DNA of 64,000 nucleotides from Saccostrea echinata (lineage: Eukaryota): NCBI RefSeq assembly GCF_033153115.1, contig NW_026889758.1, positions 35,650,001-35,714,000 of the forward strand, read 5' to 3'. Below are positions 52,101-60,663 of the stretch, piece by piece (position 1 is the stretch's first letter; each line of letters begins with the position of its first letter). The notes under the pieces were generated by a model. The model was not told the origin of the DNA and searched no databases. It saw only the letters and a program-made list of their open reading frames with translations. A program made the position numbers and the translations under genes.

Positions 52101-52816
52101 GTTGCAGTGATAGTGTTCAACCTTAAACTGTTCTGAACACAATGCATGTAACAATTATTCATCAAATTGCGTCTCCTTTAGGGACTTTGTACTTTGAACT
52201 AAGTTTTTAAAGTTTTGGGGCTATTAAAGCAATTGATTTGTGACCACACAGTTACTTCTTGAATGAAATTGTAAAGGAGGTCAATTATTGTCAACAAGAT
52301 AAAATTGATTGGTAATAATTCAGCATAATGTGAAGCAATCATATTTATCCATGCCTCAACACACACAAGGTGGTGTACTGTTATCCAAACATGGAAATAC
52401 TCTTTTGCTTAAAAGTATTCAAAAGCTGCAATGTTAAACCTATCTTTGATTTGGGTTGCTTTTTTGATACCCCATAGTATAAATACATGAATAGTCAAAT
52501 ACTTGTGACTTTTTATCCATTTCTTACAAAAACATTTTTGTGAAAAACCGCATATGAATAGCTTTATCAAGTTATTGTGAATAGCTTAATAAAGCTATAG
52601 AGCTATTTCAAGCTATAATTATATTATATAGCTAAATCAAGAGAATGTATTGGATCTGATAAGTGTTGAGTACAGGCAAAAATTTGCTGCCTCCTGTCAT
52701 TGGTGGCATCCCAATATAATTGAGAAAATTAGTTTACCTTTGTATACATCCTGCATCAGATTGTCTCTGACAAGATCAAAACAAGAGAGATATTCCTTCT
52801 TTTCATGTGCCGACAT
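21214..52816 (-). CDS. THADA: THADA (thyroid adenoma-associated protein; Trm732 orthologue, ARM-repeat + DUF2428), 40 coding exons, 1962 aa
   Basis: Hand-spliced with GT-AG junctions in consistent phase; 5889 nt in total. Hallmark motifs: VSPVVQNSSPEG, LVVCCWRNIKEVSLLLG, HRGAFELA, CATRRSAGIPF, VHALNILRALFKDSRLG, WAVRNSSTLL, TRIFGVKRSKDE, RQNPCYLTK. Length is close to human THADA (~1950 aa). Confidence 0.97.
21820..23667 (+). mobile_element. Old, diverged Cg170-type HINE in THADA intron 39
   Basis: degenerate ~166-bp repeats (tgtggcc...ccaggg..catga.ttgaacaaa); 3' hairpin agctcactagatcc...ggtgagctaaaa. Confidence 0.75.
23989..25114 (+). mobile_element. Young non-autonomous Helentron (HINE) with ~4.7 copies of a 166-bp Cg170-like satellite
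   Basis: 5' aacaagaggcccatgggcc; subterminal IR gctcacctgag/ctcaggtgagc; monomers at 24071, 24237, 24401, 24567, 24733; (GACG/GACA)n; 3' hairpin + A-run. Confidence 0.92.
25255..25379 (-). CDS. THADA: THADA coding exon 39
   Basis: AVQPSLTLDYL...LISWI. Confidence 0.85.
25652..25765 (-). CDS. THADA: THADA coding exon 38
   Basis: FWEMLTNLQQEDDPEVRE. Confidence 0.88.
25873..26023 (-). CDS. THADA: THADA coding exon 37
   Basis: DSWMAILRDSVGAEKITDLQLSVA. Confidence 0.85.
26199..26265 (-). CDS. THADA: THADA coding exon 36
   Basis: DEVKAVVIRFTRWMI; GTAAGG donor. Confidence 0.75.
26440..26480 (-). CDS. THADA: THADA coding exon 35 (41 nt)
   Basis: VLKQCLTVIESSS; AAG acceptor, GTATGA donor. Confidence 0.65.
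26572..27532. mobile_element. Mariner-like MITE
   Basis: TIR C(A/G)AGGAGTT.TCAAAAGTTTGTGGACT; TA on both flanks. Confidence 0.85.
27787..27867 (-). CDS. THADA: THADA coding exon 34
   Basis: ttcag/GTAC; open phase 0-0. Confidence 0.75.
28075..28561 (-). CDS. THADA: THADA coding exon 33
   Basis: RQNPCYLTK...LLASEIYEVRL. Confidence 0.92.
28875..28975 (-). CDS. THADA: THADA coding exon 32
   Basis: ISNLL...EKMWLLS. Confidence 0.88.
29835..30000 (-). CDS. THADA: THADA coding exon 31
   Basis: CSSSPVLKTRLMAARALQPL...HIHGAL. Confidence 0.94.
30155..30286 (-). CDS. THADA: THADA coding exon 30
   Basis: LHPGLYPVLMILGRLFQSPLEG. Confidence 0.93.
30611..30697 (-). CDS. THADA: THADA coding exon 29
   Basis: TGRQFFHQYPALYPFLL. 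Confidence 0.95.
30827..30924 (-). CDS. THADA: THADA coding exon 28
   Basis: VRNSSTLLLSTMMTRIFGVKRSKDE. Confidence 0.96.
31113..31235 (-). CDS. THADA: THADA coding exon 27
   Basis: VHALNILRALFKDSRLGE...GFQSPFWA. Confidence 0.96.
31478..31591 (-). CDS. THADA: THADA coding exon 26
   Basis: LVSTEP...MSELLQLA. Confidence 0.92.
31793..31925 (-). CDS. THADA: THADA coding exon 25
   Basis: LCATRRSAGIPFFVQ. Confidence 0.96.
32231..32340 (-). CDS. THADA: THADA coding exon 24
   Basis: IGEYFRKQLMESIHRGAFELACAGFVK. Confidence 0.95.
32795..33003 (-). CDS. THADA: THADA coding exon 23
   Basis: LVVCCWRNIKEVSLLLG. Confidence 0.95.
33313..33455 (-). CDS. THADA: THADA coding exon 22 (DUF2428 start)
   Basis: VSPVVQNSSPEGNVP. 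Confidence 0.95.
33627..34048 (-). CDS. THADA: THADA coding exon 21
   Basis: SNRPQDCTTGAYLL...PMYPTLHCIRYI. Confidence 0.92.
34197..34333 (-). CDS. THADA: THADA coding exon 20
   Basis: IQTLMECMTDTFEDNKKEAF; AAG acceptor. Confidence 0.9.
34387..35917 (+). mobile_element. HINE with caaggtcaaggtc-type core repeats, interrupted by a MITE
   Basis: 5' aacaag; repeated gaaaggtcttgtcaaaggtaatgcacatg; (GACA)n at ~35835-35870; 3' hairpin. Confidence 0.8.
34803..35408. mobile_element. MITE with long (~200-bp) TIRs, TA flanks
   Basis: CTATCATTCCA.TA.CA.CGTGTCACTTTGCTTGATC... mirrored at the right end. Confidence 0.9.
36081..36210 (-). CDS. THADA: THADA coding exon 19
   Basis: SLYPGSAFARRTTALSVL. Confidence 0.93.
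36321..36419 (-). CDS. THADA: THADA coding exon 18
   Basis: LFIRFKES... Confidence 0.9.
36541..36696 (-). CDS. THADA: THADA coding exon 17
   Basis: ARLDAFALLCENHKTSE...NQSPSFRQ. Confidence 0.93.
36806..36960 (-). CDS. THADA: THADA coding exon 16
   Basis: LGALIMCLRRARVMG...KQALSHTDDQ. Confidence 0.92.
37109..37190 (-). CDS. THADA: THADA coding exon 15
   Basis: YVLPKLLK. Confidence 0.92.
37324..37473 (-). CDS. THADA: THADA coding exon 14
   Basis: ASDLYDKLL...WQKIWVWPML. Confidence 0.92.
37780..38492 (+). mobile_element. HINE with ~144-bp core repeats
   Basis: tgccagtgac units at 38000, 38143, 38288; (GACA)n; C-rich ends. Confidence 0.8.
38709..38899 (-). CDS. THADA: THADA coding exon 13
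   Basis: LLLQVSWSSKGKYGTL. Confidence 0.92.
39621..39693 (-). CDS. THADA: THADA coding exon 12
   Basis: VVRFTAKDIFESVIKVH. Confidence 0.9.
40519..40636 (-). CDS. THADA: THADA coding exon 11
   Basis: LLQRVLEFVWMIWEDTTD. Confidence 0.92.
40724..40789 (-). CDS. THADA: THADA coding exon 10
   Basis: LQMARTVLMWTNRA. Confidence 0.88.
40974..41206 (-). CDS. THADA: THADA coding exon 9
   Basis: IPDWLLR...LCLWFGILAQLD. Confidence 0.9.
41309..41397 (-). CDS. THADA: THADA coding exon 8
   Basis: DNFLLDCKTSGSMCLTLLLK. Confidence 0.88.
41414..41575. repeat. ~68-bp tandem duplication (~2.3 copies)
   Basis: acaa.attcaagttactta..tgaaaaga repeated. Confidence 0.6.
42155..43094. mobile_element. Non-autonomous DNA transposon with TTAA TSD (Kolobok- or piggyBac-like)
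   Basis: TTAA-(G/C)GAGGTT(C/G)GATCCTGA TIRs; internal repeated gacccc..tttg...agactttaaa blocks. Confidence 0.8.
43406..44960 (+). mobile_element. HINE with 147-bp satellite core (~9 copies), 3' hairpin missing
   Basis: gatgtatca anchors at 43800, 43947, 44094, 44241, 44388, 44535, 44682 (exact 147-bp spacing). Confidence 0.88.
44961..47215 (+). mobile_element. HINE with 128-bp then 146-bp palindrome-bearing satellite core
   Basis: 5' aacaagaggcccatgggcc; subterminal IR gctcttctga/tcagaagagc; agtagg anchors 45243...46268 every 128-129 bp, then 46414, 46560, 46706; 3' hairpin. Confidence 0.92.
47240..47424 (-). CDS. THADA: THADA coding exon 7
   Basis: DLSPVEDNEVMHHCLATLQASSKLVQK...; NAGNAG acceptor (47424 or 47421). 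Confidence 0.88.
47576..47624 (-). CDS. THADA: THADA coding exon 6 (49 nt)
   Basis: VLKYLTRALAKFLATK; phase consistent. Confidence 0.85.
47849..48529. mobile_element. hAT-like MITE (old)
   Basis: CAGGGTTCAA...TTGAACCCTG termini; TSD not clean. Confidence 0.5.
48618..48650 (-). CDS. THADA: THADA coding exon 5 (33 nt)
   Basis: ttcag/GTAAGA; GEQCLSLIFLP. Confidence 0.8.
48781..48935 (-). CDS. THADA: THADA coding exon 4
   Basis: STFQNF...CLMENFTLG, resembling vertebrate CMENFNLG. Confidence 0.9.
49124..49254 (-). CDS. THADA: THADA coding exon 3
   Basis: ICKEIQ...IYLNCPPKHTVKRLLA; phase consistent. Confidence 0.88.
49425..49625. repeat. Short degenerate minisatellite (cctaat-rich)
   Basis: repeated cctaatgatggtg..gcagg..ct.a..ttgg.gcctaatgccc. 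Confidence 0.5.
50450..50807. mobile_element. MITE with ~78-bp TIRs
   Basis: CATCCTCACAA.GTCAGGGGTCCTGTGTCAACT...TTCATTCGATATCTT mirrored. Confidence 0.9.
50872..51090. mobile_element. Tc1/pogo-type MITE
   Basis: tgtagattcct...aggaatctatag-ta termini. Confidence 0.7.
51332..51429 (-). CDS. THADA: THADA coding exon 2
   Basis: ttcag/GTAAGA; DENVLEDENLLNRKFEKLFESKDIKQQIVILKE. Confidence 0.85.
51802..52730 (+). mobile_element. Degenerate tRNA-derived SINE split by a MITE (51802-51950 + 52659-52730)
   Basis: decayed A/B boxes, ggatgagac core, ccctcactgctcaaggccataag continuing after the insertion as ataagtgttgagtacaggc. Confidence 0.6.
51951..52658. mobile_element. hAT-like MITE
   Basis: TIR CAG.TCCA.TACA.TCTCTTGATTTAGCTA; flanks ATAAGctg / ATAAGtgt (degenerate 8-bp TSD). 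Confidence 0.88.
52738..52816 (-). CDS. THADA: THADA coding exon 1 (MSAHEKKEYLSCFDLVRDNLMQDVYK)
   Basis: ATG at 52816 in AAAATGT context; acceptor before 52831; donor GTAAAC; phase 1 joins exon 2. Confidence 0.75.
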
Positions 52817-52949
52817 TTTTCAACAAGTAACCTAAAAAAATTAACTACGTCGCATTTGGCATTCTCTCTTGACTGCTATGATGTTTACTGATTAGGAAAT
52901 GTTGTCCATCACATGGTAAACGCAATGATATTTTTATTCAATCATTTCA

Positions 52950-53205
52950 GCATTTCACTCATGTGGGCCGCCATATTGTTAGTACAGAGGAGAATTTTTA
53001 TTACAAAAATGAAATCGGCTGAAAAAAAGAATTGTTCATTTTCTTTCGTATTAAACATGCGAAAAAATATTTTCATTGCACTTAAGTCGAGCTGAAAAAA
53101 TAGTTAGGCCTCTAACTATAAGTCTCTCTGCTGAAAACTACAACAAACACACTTCCGGTTTAAGGCAAGAGTTCGTCTGTCAACCTGCTGGAAAAAGATG
53201 TAAGA
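52950..53205. promoter_or_regulatory. Putative bidirectional promoter THADA / PLEKHH-like
   Basis: YY1-type AATATGGCGGC on minus (52967-52977), ETS ACTTCCGG on plus (53151-53158), plus-strand donor GTAAGA at ~53200, local CpG retention. Confidence 0.65.
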
Positions 53206-53920
53206 AATTATTTTTTTTTACTGCATTTTGAGAATGGGAATCTTTAGTAGTATTTTATTTTGACTACCTTTACACAAAAGAGGGCACTAGTTCATCCGAG
53301 AAATATTTCAGAATTATAAAGCAAAGAAAATTGAAAAGGGGGGAGAGATGCAGTATGATTGATAGTGCATTGTTTTTATAGCCTCAATACTAAGCGCAGT
53401 ACTAATTAGAATTCTTTACAATGAGAATGAAATGATTTTCTTTAAGACTGATGTTTTTATTATGCATACGTATACTACTTTAACTTATAACATCATAATA
53501 TTTAACTCAAAAACATGTCAAGCATGTCTTCACATCTAATGAGATGATTGCTAGGACAGAAAAAAGAAACACACTTAAAGACAGAAGTTAACAAATAACA
53601 CTTAATGCATATGTAAAATTTGTAGGGATGCTAAGAAATTTATATAGTTTACATCAATGTTATAGTCTCAATCTGAATATAAATATGTGTGCCTAAGTTT
53701 ATTTCTTGCATTGGTGTGCCTGCAGAACTATAGTTCTCTGGAAAAGAAAATGTAGTCAGACCTGTTCTGTCAACAAAAATGATGCACTCAAGCACTAACA
53801 GTTTTCAAATTTGTGACATTTCAGAATTATGCATTAAAATACAGATTCTTCTGGAGAACACTAATGTTGCCATGGATAATTGAGTCTAGATGCACTCTTC
53901 ATGCATGGTTAAAACACATA

Positions 53921-54974
53921 GGGTGAATTCACCATGCATCGGACACCCTCGCACTTCAACAAGTTCTAGCGATATCGCTACCGACCGAATATTATCAAAA
54001 TGGAACTTAACATGTAGTATGTGGTTAAAATATAAATTTTTGACACAATTGTGTGCTCTTTATTGAGAAAATATCATTAAAACCCGATTTTTTCGAAATA
54101 AGTCAGAATTCACCATGGATCGGACAATATTCACCATGCATCGGACATACGGTATTTTAACCAGAAAAATATCACACCTTGATCTCGGTGCTTTAAAATG
54201 AGTGATATCAAAACATTTTTATCTTTTATTAAAAAATTAAACTTCTAGTTAAATTTGAATTACTATTTCGATCCACAAATGTGAAGAGATTTTAGGTGCA
54301 TCACATCGCCTTAGAAAGGCTTTACAATGCTAGTAATATGGCAACTCGCGCCTTTGTCTCGTGGGTTATCATCATCTAGTTTAAAGAAATAAATTGGGTC
54401 CACTTCTAGTCATCATATATCGATATCTTGTATTTTCACTTAAAATTTAGAGTTTTTATTTTCTATTTCCGTAAAAAACAGCTGTCATTTGGGTTTTATA
54501 TGAGAATGGAAGTGATTACCCATGCATCGGAAAATGTCCGATGCATGGTTAATTTGTGTCCAATGTACGGTGAAATGAACATAATAGTAAAAAACAACTC
54601 TAAAAATTATTATACAAACATTGAAGTAGAATTTTTGAAAAATTTCTGTAAAAATATCAATCATTGACAAATTTTACCTAGGCCCGACTCGTTCCGTTGA
54701 AATCTATTTAAAAGAGCGACAACTCTAAAAATTACAAAATCGTAAAATTCTGGTTACTCCCCTTTGATGATGCAAAATATGACGTAATTTCAAGGCCATT
54801 CTTGTGGTATTTTTATCACAACATGGAAATAAAAATCGGCATCATTAAAAAGTTTAAATCTTCACCTTTAAGACAGAAACAAGTAAAAACACGGGGAGAC
54901 TCAGGTTCAATGAAAGTTTATTGCTTAAAGTTGTCCGAAGCAAGGTATGTGTCCGATGCATGGTTAACTCACCC
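53921..54974. mobile_element. MITE with TA flanks (Tc1/mariner superfamily-like)
   Basis: TIR GGGTGA.TT.ACCATGCATCGGACAC; internal copies of the CCATGCATCGGA motif at ~54110-54145 and ~54520-54550. Confidence 0.9.
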
Positions 54975-57235
54975 TACTTGTAGAAAACATATTTGCTTCT
55001 CCAACCTTTAAGTTATGAGATTGATGTTTATGTGTAGTAATAAAGTCTAAAGTCATTTTCGCAGGCCAGGAGTTTTCAGCCTACTGAGCTCACCACAAAA
55101 CCTTTGGCTGATTGTGCCATTATTTAAAACCGTGTTTGATATTGCATTAATTTTATTCCAAGTTAACCCCTTCCCACCCCTTCGAACCAATGAAAAGACA
55201 GCTATCAAAAAAAAAAAAAAAATGAAAGACATACATTCATAATTTGCTGCTTCCTGTTCTTGTTTATCCTAGGTCTCATTTATATTATACCCTCATTTCA
55301 TCTCTTTTCTCATCCATTGAGAAGCTTGTAGTTCTCCTGTCTTTGCTTTTGTTCTTTTAAAACTCAGTTTCTTGTTTACAATGGATATTACTGGCAGAAT
55401 CTAAAGTTAAAATTTAGTATGCCTAGTAGATGTTGCTAATATAGTGGCTTAAACTGCCAAGTGGTTGTGGGGACTATTATAGTGGATCGAAAACACTTTA
55501 GTTGCAAAGATGATATAAAGTAGTACATGTATATTTTTTTTTATTAATTGTTTTGATCAATCATTTATATTCAATTACATACAATGTTCAAGCAGCTTCT
55601 ATTACTAAAAAAAATTTATGTATTTTATTTCTTTGAACAAACAAGCTTTCCTTTATCAGTTGTGAACTTCCATGATTGAATCAGTATATGTTTAATATCA
55701 GAAACATCTAACATATATTCCCATTGTTGAACACTCTCATCTTTTTAAGTACATACCAATATGTTTAATTTTTAGTTATTTCAATACAATTGGAAGCTTT
55801 ATCAAGTCATTCTGAATCAGATATTGAAATGTAAATACATGTAAATTTGTAGCACACAATGTAAGAAATTATTGCAAACTTAGTGGTACATTTTTGTAAA
55901 TGTAAGTGCATCATATTTTTTTCTTTCTTGGAAAAGAGTAGTCTTAAATCTTATGGTTTTCAGTAGATACATAAATCAACTTGTGCACTTTGATCAAATT
56001 TTAATGTGTTGTAAGCTGTTTAAGATAAACAATATGTCATTGATGTATGAATGCATTGATGCAGGGCCTTTTAAAACAGTATTGTCTTTGCTACAGTGTC
56101 ATTTACTTTCGGTCTTATATTAGCTTTAGGTGCAGTGAATTTTTCATCCCCATTTAACGCCTGTAGCAGAGAGTCTCTTTGAACATGAGATATGTGAATA
56201 AGAGGACCTATTGATCTTGGTAAGGATATATATGAAGCAGGCTAACAGAATACCACCAACAGTTGCTTGTGGTATTGATATAGTGGAAGTGCATCTGTGC
56301 TTTTTGTTAATTGTCTGAAATTCCTCTTCACCAGAAATAGTTGCTGGCTAATTAATATGCACCATATGCACTGGCTTTTGCATGTGAAGAGGCCATATGA
56401 TAAAAGTATGTGTAATTATTTCTGTTGGAGCATGAAGTGTTACATGTAATTGATTTTTGGCTTGGGGGATAGCTGGTTTATTGATGAGCATCCAGGTAGA
56501 GCATGTAAAAAATATTTAGATCCCCCAACATAAGTTCTGATCTTAATTAGATATACTAATTTGAATATCTTATCCTTTCTGAAAAAAAAAATTAAAATCA
56601 TTTACAGAAGTTTAAAAATTTATTTTCCATGAAAAAATGAATGATTTTAAAGGAAAGATTCCGTAAGGGTTCAGTTTTAAGTCAGCTAGGACTTTCTGAT
56701 CATGTCTTCTAAAACCTTGTTTTTTAATATTGGTCAGTAAAGATGACAGAAATCTGCTTTATGGTTATTCCTTTTGTATGAAAGTGACCAACCATAATTA
56801 ATGCTGTCTTTGCTTTATGGGGTAAAAACATTATTATGATTTAAACTGTCACTGAAAAGATTGACCTGCCAGCTACTATCAGGAACAAAGACAAATATGA
56901 CAATAGCACCTTTAAAGATATTATCTGAAATTTTTAGAATTCCTTATCCTTGCTGATACAGCCTAGCACTTTCTCATTTTTAAATACATTTTGTACAATT
57001 GTAACAGGAAAAGCATTAAGGTTAAGTGGAGAAATAAAGCTATTAAGAGGTATATATATATAAAGACTAATAAGATATTTTTATAAAAAAAGATATTATT
57101 TTCTCAGTTGAAAATTTCCTCTGATGCACCATTTGATGCTTGAGTTTAAATACCGGTACTCTTTCATTGTTAATAAATGGTTTGCTACAGCTCTTATATT
57201 GTGACCAAAAAAATTAAATCAGATTTTTTTTTTAG

Positions 57236-57272
57236 GAACTGGACGGGTGAGCCACAGGGGAATCACTATAAG
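57236..57272 (+). other. Probable 37-nt 5'UTR exon of the PLEKHH-like gene
   Basis: long T-tract + AG acceptor, AG/GTAAGA donor, no ATG. Confidence 0.55.
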
Positions 57273-57899
57273 GTAAGACTAGAACAACTTCCGCTTTATT
57301 TAATGTTTTATATCAATAAATCCTGATGAACAGTCAATTTATTACATAAGATTGGTAATGGAACAATATCATGTTTTGAGGTTTGTTTTTCTGCATGCCA
57401 TTGAATGGTTGATATCAATTATATCTTAATTGTGATAAATTACTCTTAACATTCCATTATTGTCATTTTGGGGATGCAATCAATAATTTCATTAGGTACA
57501 AACTGCTGATTTTTACAGTTCCTAGATGACTTGTTATTGGTGTATTGTAGCTTGCTATATAGGAAGTCTCCCTGCTATTGTCAGTGGCAGGTTCCTCTTT
57601 GGCTCCAGTGTTCTTCAGTTGGCCAGCTAAATTAGTTTGTTTGGTATCTTTGCTGGGGAAGACAGGGAACTGCTTCTCCATCTATATGATGATATTTAAT
57701 GGCTGGATGGGTTACAGCGGCAATCAGATCCCCAAGATTGGGAGATAGATCCCACCAGGATAAGGTGTTCCTACCAAGATTAAAATTGTATGAATTACAA
57801 ATTATTCTGATACAATCTGTCTTGGGGCAGTTTCTTTGAAGTGGACTAGACATTGACTAATTTTCACTTGGGTCTGGATTTTTTATATCATAAGGTGAT

Positions 57900-58340
57900 A
57901 TCTTTTTATGCAGCGATTTGCATACAATACCATTTTTAAGTTCAAAAGTTTGATTAGGAGTCCTATAAGTATAGGAATCGCATTGTCTGTCTGTCTGTCT
58001 GTCTATTTAGCTGTACATCTTTCTGTCGACATATTTGTTGTGTTGCTGGGTTAACTGAAATAGTTTTCAAATTTTATACATGAATGCTTTACTTTAAGAG
58101 AAAGACACCTGTAGGTTTGGGGGTCACATCACTTTGTCTGTCTGTCTGTACATATGTTTGATTGTGTATATATACATGCCACTTTTATTGTGATGCCATA
58201 ACTCAAACAGTTTTCAGCATAACATTTTGAAATTTTACACAGAAGTACTTTTCTATAAGAGGAAGACTCTTAATATAAGGCCAAACAAAAAAATATGTGT
58301 GGTTCCGGTTACACTTCCAAAAAAATTAGGGTAGGTAGAT

Positions 58341-58379
<39 letters not shown>

Positions 58380-59060
58380 ATGATTTTCTTAATTTTTTCT
58401 AAATAATACCTATCACTGCTTTGCAAATGGCATTTAGATGTGGTGTGATAATATACTAGTCAATATTGGTAGGGGACACATACATGCTAGCTTGCTTTGG
58501 ATTTAACACTATTAAACACTTGCACTATGTTTTGCAAGGAGGCCGTCATTGCTGAAACTAAAACTTAAACTGGAGCTATTGATGGAAATCGGGGGAAATT
58601 CCGCGAAAAATATGAAAATTGCCAAAAAAAAGTTTAGGGTCGGGGGTATAAAATAGGGAAGGTCGGGTAACCGAAACCACACATATTTTTTTTATTTGGC
58701 CTAAATTAAATGATCATATCACATTGTCTGTCTGTCCATGTGTATGTCTGAATGTATATCTATCATGACACAATAACTCAGTCACTTTTCATCATAATTC
58801 AAATTTTATACAGGAAAAATTGGTAATATTAGGAAGACACCTTTTAATTTTGAGGTTCACTGTCCTTCTGTCTATCTGTCCATCAACACCTTTACTGTAA
58901 GGTTAAAACCTGGAAGTATTGAACCTAACATTTTTTAAATTTTGAACATGAGAAAAAAAAACCCAATACATTTTGGGGGTAATGTTGCTTTGTCTGTCTG
59001 ATTGTCTGTCTTACTGTATTCCTACACTTGTCACTTTCCTATGACAGCCCTTAGCAGGAC
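57900..59060 (-). mobile_element. Degenerate HINE-like element(s) in the PLEKHH-like intron
   Basis: repeated (TGTC)n blocks and aattttataca...gaagacacct...ggggtca units. Confidence 0.6.
58279..58701. mobile_element. PIF/Harbinger-type MITE
   Basis: TIR GGCCAAA.AAAAAAATATGTGTGGTT.CGGTTAC; TAA TSD at 58276-58278 and 58702-58704. Confidence 0.92.
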
Positions 59061-60519
59061 CCTTTCTTTTTCATTTAACTAGGAAGTTTTTTTTTTAATA
59101 GAAAAAAATCGTCTTATTCAATTAAAATTGGACTTTAAAGGACATCTATGTGGTCAATTACTTTGCTGTATGTTCCTTTGCTTAAATCTAGATTTTTTCT
59201 TTAATTTGATTTTTTTTTCTCTTTGAATTCTTTTTAATTAGAATTTTTCCATAAATTTACCAAATTAAATGTAGAAAGTTAGACATGTAGATGTTTTGTT
59301 GAAGCAGGAATTCTGAGTATTTTAGCAATAATGAGATTTGAAGAGCAGTTGACAGTGGATGCAGAATCAATATTGCATTCTGTATTCCATGTTTATTGTA
59401 GTTATTTTATGAATTAGTTTTAAATGGCAAAAGACAGTAATTTGTTTTATTAGTCCATATTGTTACATAAAAATGTTGGACCAGGATTCCCACAAACCGA
59501 CTAATGACAAGGCAATTAAAGCAAAATTTATCTAAATGACAACGTGTTGACTCAGGACCTCTGGCTTGCGAGGATGCAGATGATTAGGTTACACATGTTT
59601 TCATCACCTCTGAGATTTAATTATGAAGTTCATAACATTTTGGTAAAATAAAAAATACATGAGGCTGTGGTCTAAGAATGTTAATTATTAAAGCTTTTGC
59701 TAGCTAGTATGTCATTGTATATATTATATCCACAATCAGTATATTTAGCTAGCACATTCAGATCATGTGGTTCATGGGAGGGAGAAAAGTTCAGAAGATC
59801 AATGGAAATGGAAGCAATTATTGTGAGAGGGCAAGAAATTACCAAAACCCTGAAAATATCATTTTGTGGTTTCTTCTTTTTTTATCCACAATGGTTTTGA
59901 TGGAGAACTGCATGTTACTGGGAGTTGTAAGGAACACATTGTATGTAGATTATTATGGGGCTTGCGGTCAGTGCCCCCTCAAAAATACCGAGGGATCTTT
60001 ATGTATTGATGAATTATATGCAATCCAGACCTGTGTGTGTTGTGTGTAAGAAGTGGAATTAATAGGCAAGGGTTGGTGTTTGGAAAGACCAGTGGACATT
60101 GATTTTGCCTTAGTCAAGATGTGGTGATCTATCACAGATTACTCTTTTGGTGTATCAATAAGACAGTTTAATAGTTCCTGTGATAACACATTCAAGATAG
60201 ATTCCAGTAAAGGAGATTTGTCAATCATTAATTCTCTCTGCATATATTAATACCCAGAAGACTCTAACCAGTTAGAAATAGAATGCCTTGAGTGTAGTTA
60301 TTGCAGCCACTGTTTTATTAACTTTAAGAAGTTTTGGATAATTTTCAATATAAGCTCTGCTGCCAAGGAAAATTCTAGGCATTGTGTAAGAGTTTAGGAT
60401 AGAATATTTGACTTTGTATATATATTGTGAAAGACTTCTGCAGCTTTGTAGGAGAGATGGATAAAGTGATTCAGTGTTGGGAGGTTATCTCCAGAAGGCA
60501 CTGAGATTCTGAGGACATC

Positions 60520-60663
60520 ATGTCAAAGGACAAATCAGAGGAGGTGCCAACCCCCCCAGCCCTGGACGGGGTGGAGTGGAGGGAGCGGTGCCTGTCTCTA
60601 GAAGCCTCCTTACAACAGTTTAAACACCAGGTGGCCCGCATCAGGGAAACCCTGGGAGAAAAG
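60520..60663 (+). CDS. PLEKHH2: First coding exon of a PLEKHH1/2 (MAX-1-like; PH-MyTH4-FERM) gene; gene continues beyond the window
   Basis: VEWRERCLSLEASLQQFKHQVARIRETLGEK matches the PLEKHH2 N-terminal coiled coil ([31 protein letters not shown]); donor AAG/GTAACA directly after K. The oyster gene is probably co-orthologous to PLEKHH1 and PLEKHH2. Confidence 0.85.

Noticed and set aside
57463-57853. GC-richer minus-strand ORFs in the PLEKHH-like intron
   Set aside because: No recognisable homology or splice chain; possibly a decayed TE
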